A stretch of 64,000 nt of DNA. Source: Owenia fusiformis (Eukaryota). The notes beneath the pieces are model-generated. The model searched no databases, was not told the DNA's origin, and saw only the letters and a program-made list of their open reading frames with translations. Below are positions 63,876 to 64,000 of the stretch, piece by piece. The position numbers and the translations under genes were made by a program. How positions within the stretch are numbered: position 1 is the first letter of the stretch; the number at the start of each line of letters is the position of its first letter. Location: contig CAIIXF020000001.1 in NCBI GenBank assembly GCA_903813345.2, positions 6,262,001 to 6,326,000 on the forward strand. The letters are read 5' to 3'.

Positions 63876-64000
63876 TTGATAAAATAGTATGTTCTCTTTT
63901 CGATAAACTTTAAAATCGACGGATTATTCTGAAGCAGTCAGAACTGTTTAAAAAACATGGACTGATGAAAGATTTTGAACTTCCTATCCTTCTATTTGCA

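Overview
This is AT-rich eukaryotic DNA with spliceosomal GT-AG introns. It is probably from an invertebrate metazoan, though the species cannot be determined from sequence alone. Five host genes can be reconstructed by hand with consistent splice phases: MFSD6 (+, 5 coding exons), proteasome alpha-2 PSMA2 (+, 7 exons), a canonical TRPC channel (-, 10 exons), an intronless PAQR7/8-like membrane progestin receptor broken by one frameshift (+), and a 5'-partial apolipophorin-like large lipid transfer protein (-, 31 visible exons, ~3,550 aa, including a 3.9 kb exon). Introns and intergenic DNA are dense with mobile DNA: an intact single-ORF APE-RT LINE, a truncated second LINE, Tc1/mariner relics, and Harbinger-, Mutator-, CAC-terminal and Helentron-like non-autonomous elements. 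The most notable observations are: (1) the intact LINE carries a ~150-aa multi-hydrophobic leader joined to the endonuclease by a non-canonical 2A/StopGo-like motif (DVHQNPGP); (2) a 740-bp element with interleaved inverted repeats (A-B-A'-B') and a GAAGCC-like motif at every junction; (3) a duplicated splice acceptor with an 18-nt filler copied in reverse from 0.9 kb away, which creates a candidate 9-nt microexon; (4) unrelated palindromic elements that share a C-GAA-G mini-hairpin apex; and (5) a CAC...GTG element with a 5-bp target duplication that encloses the LINE. All calls come from reading the sequence; no searches were run.
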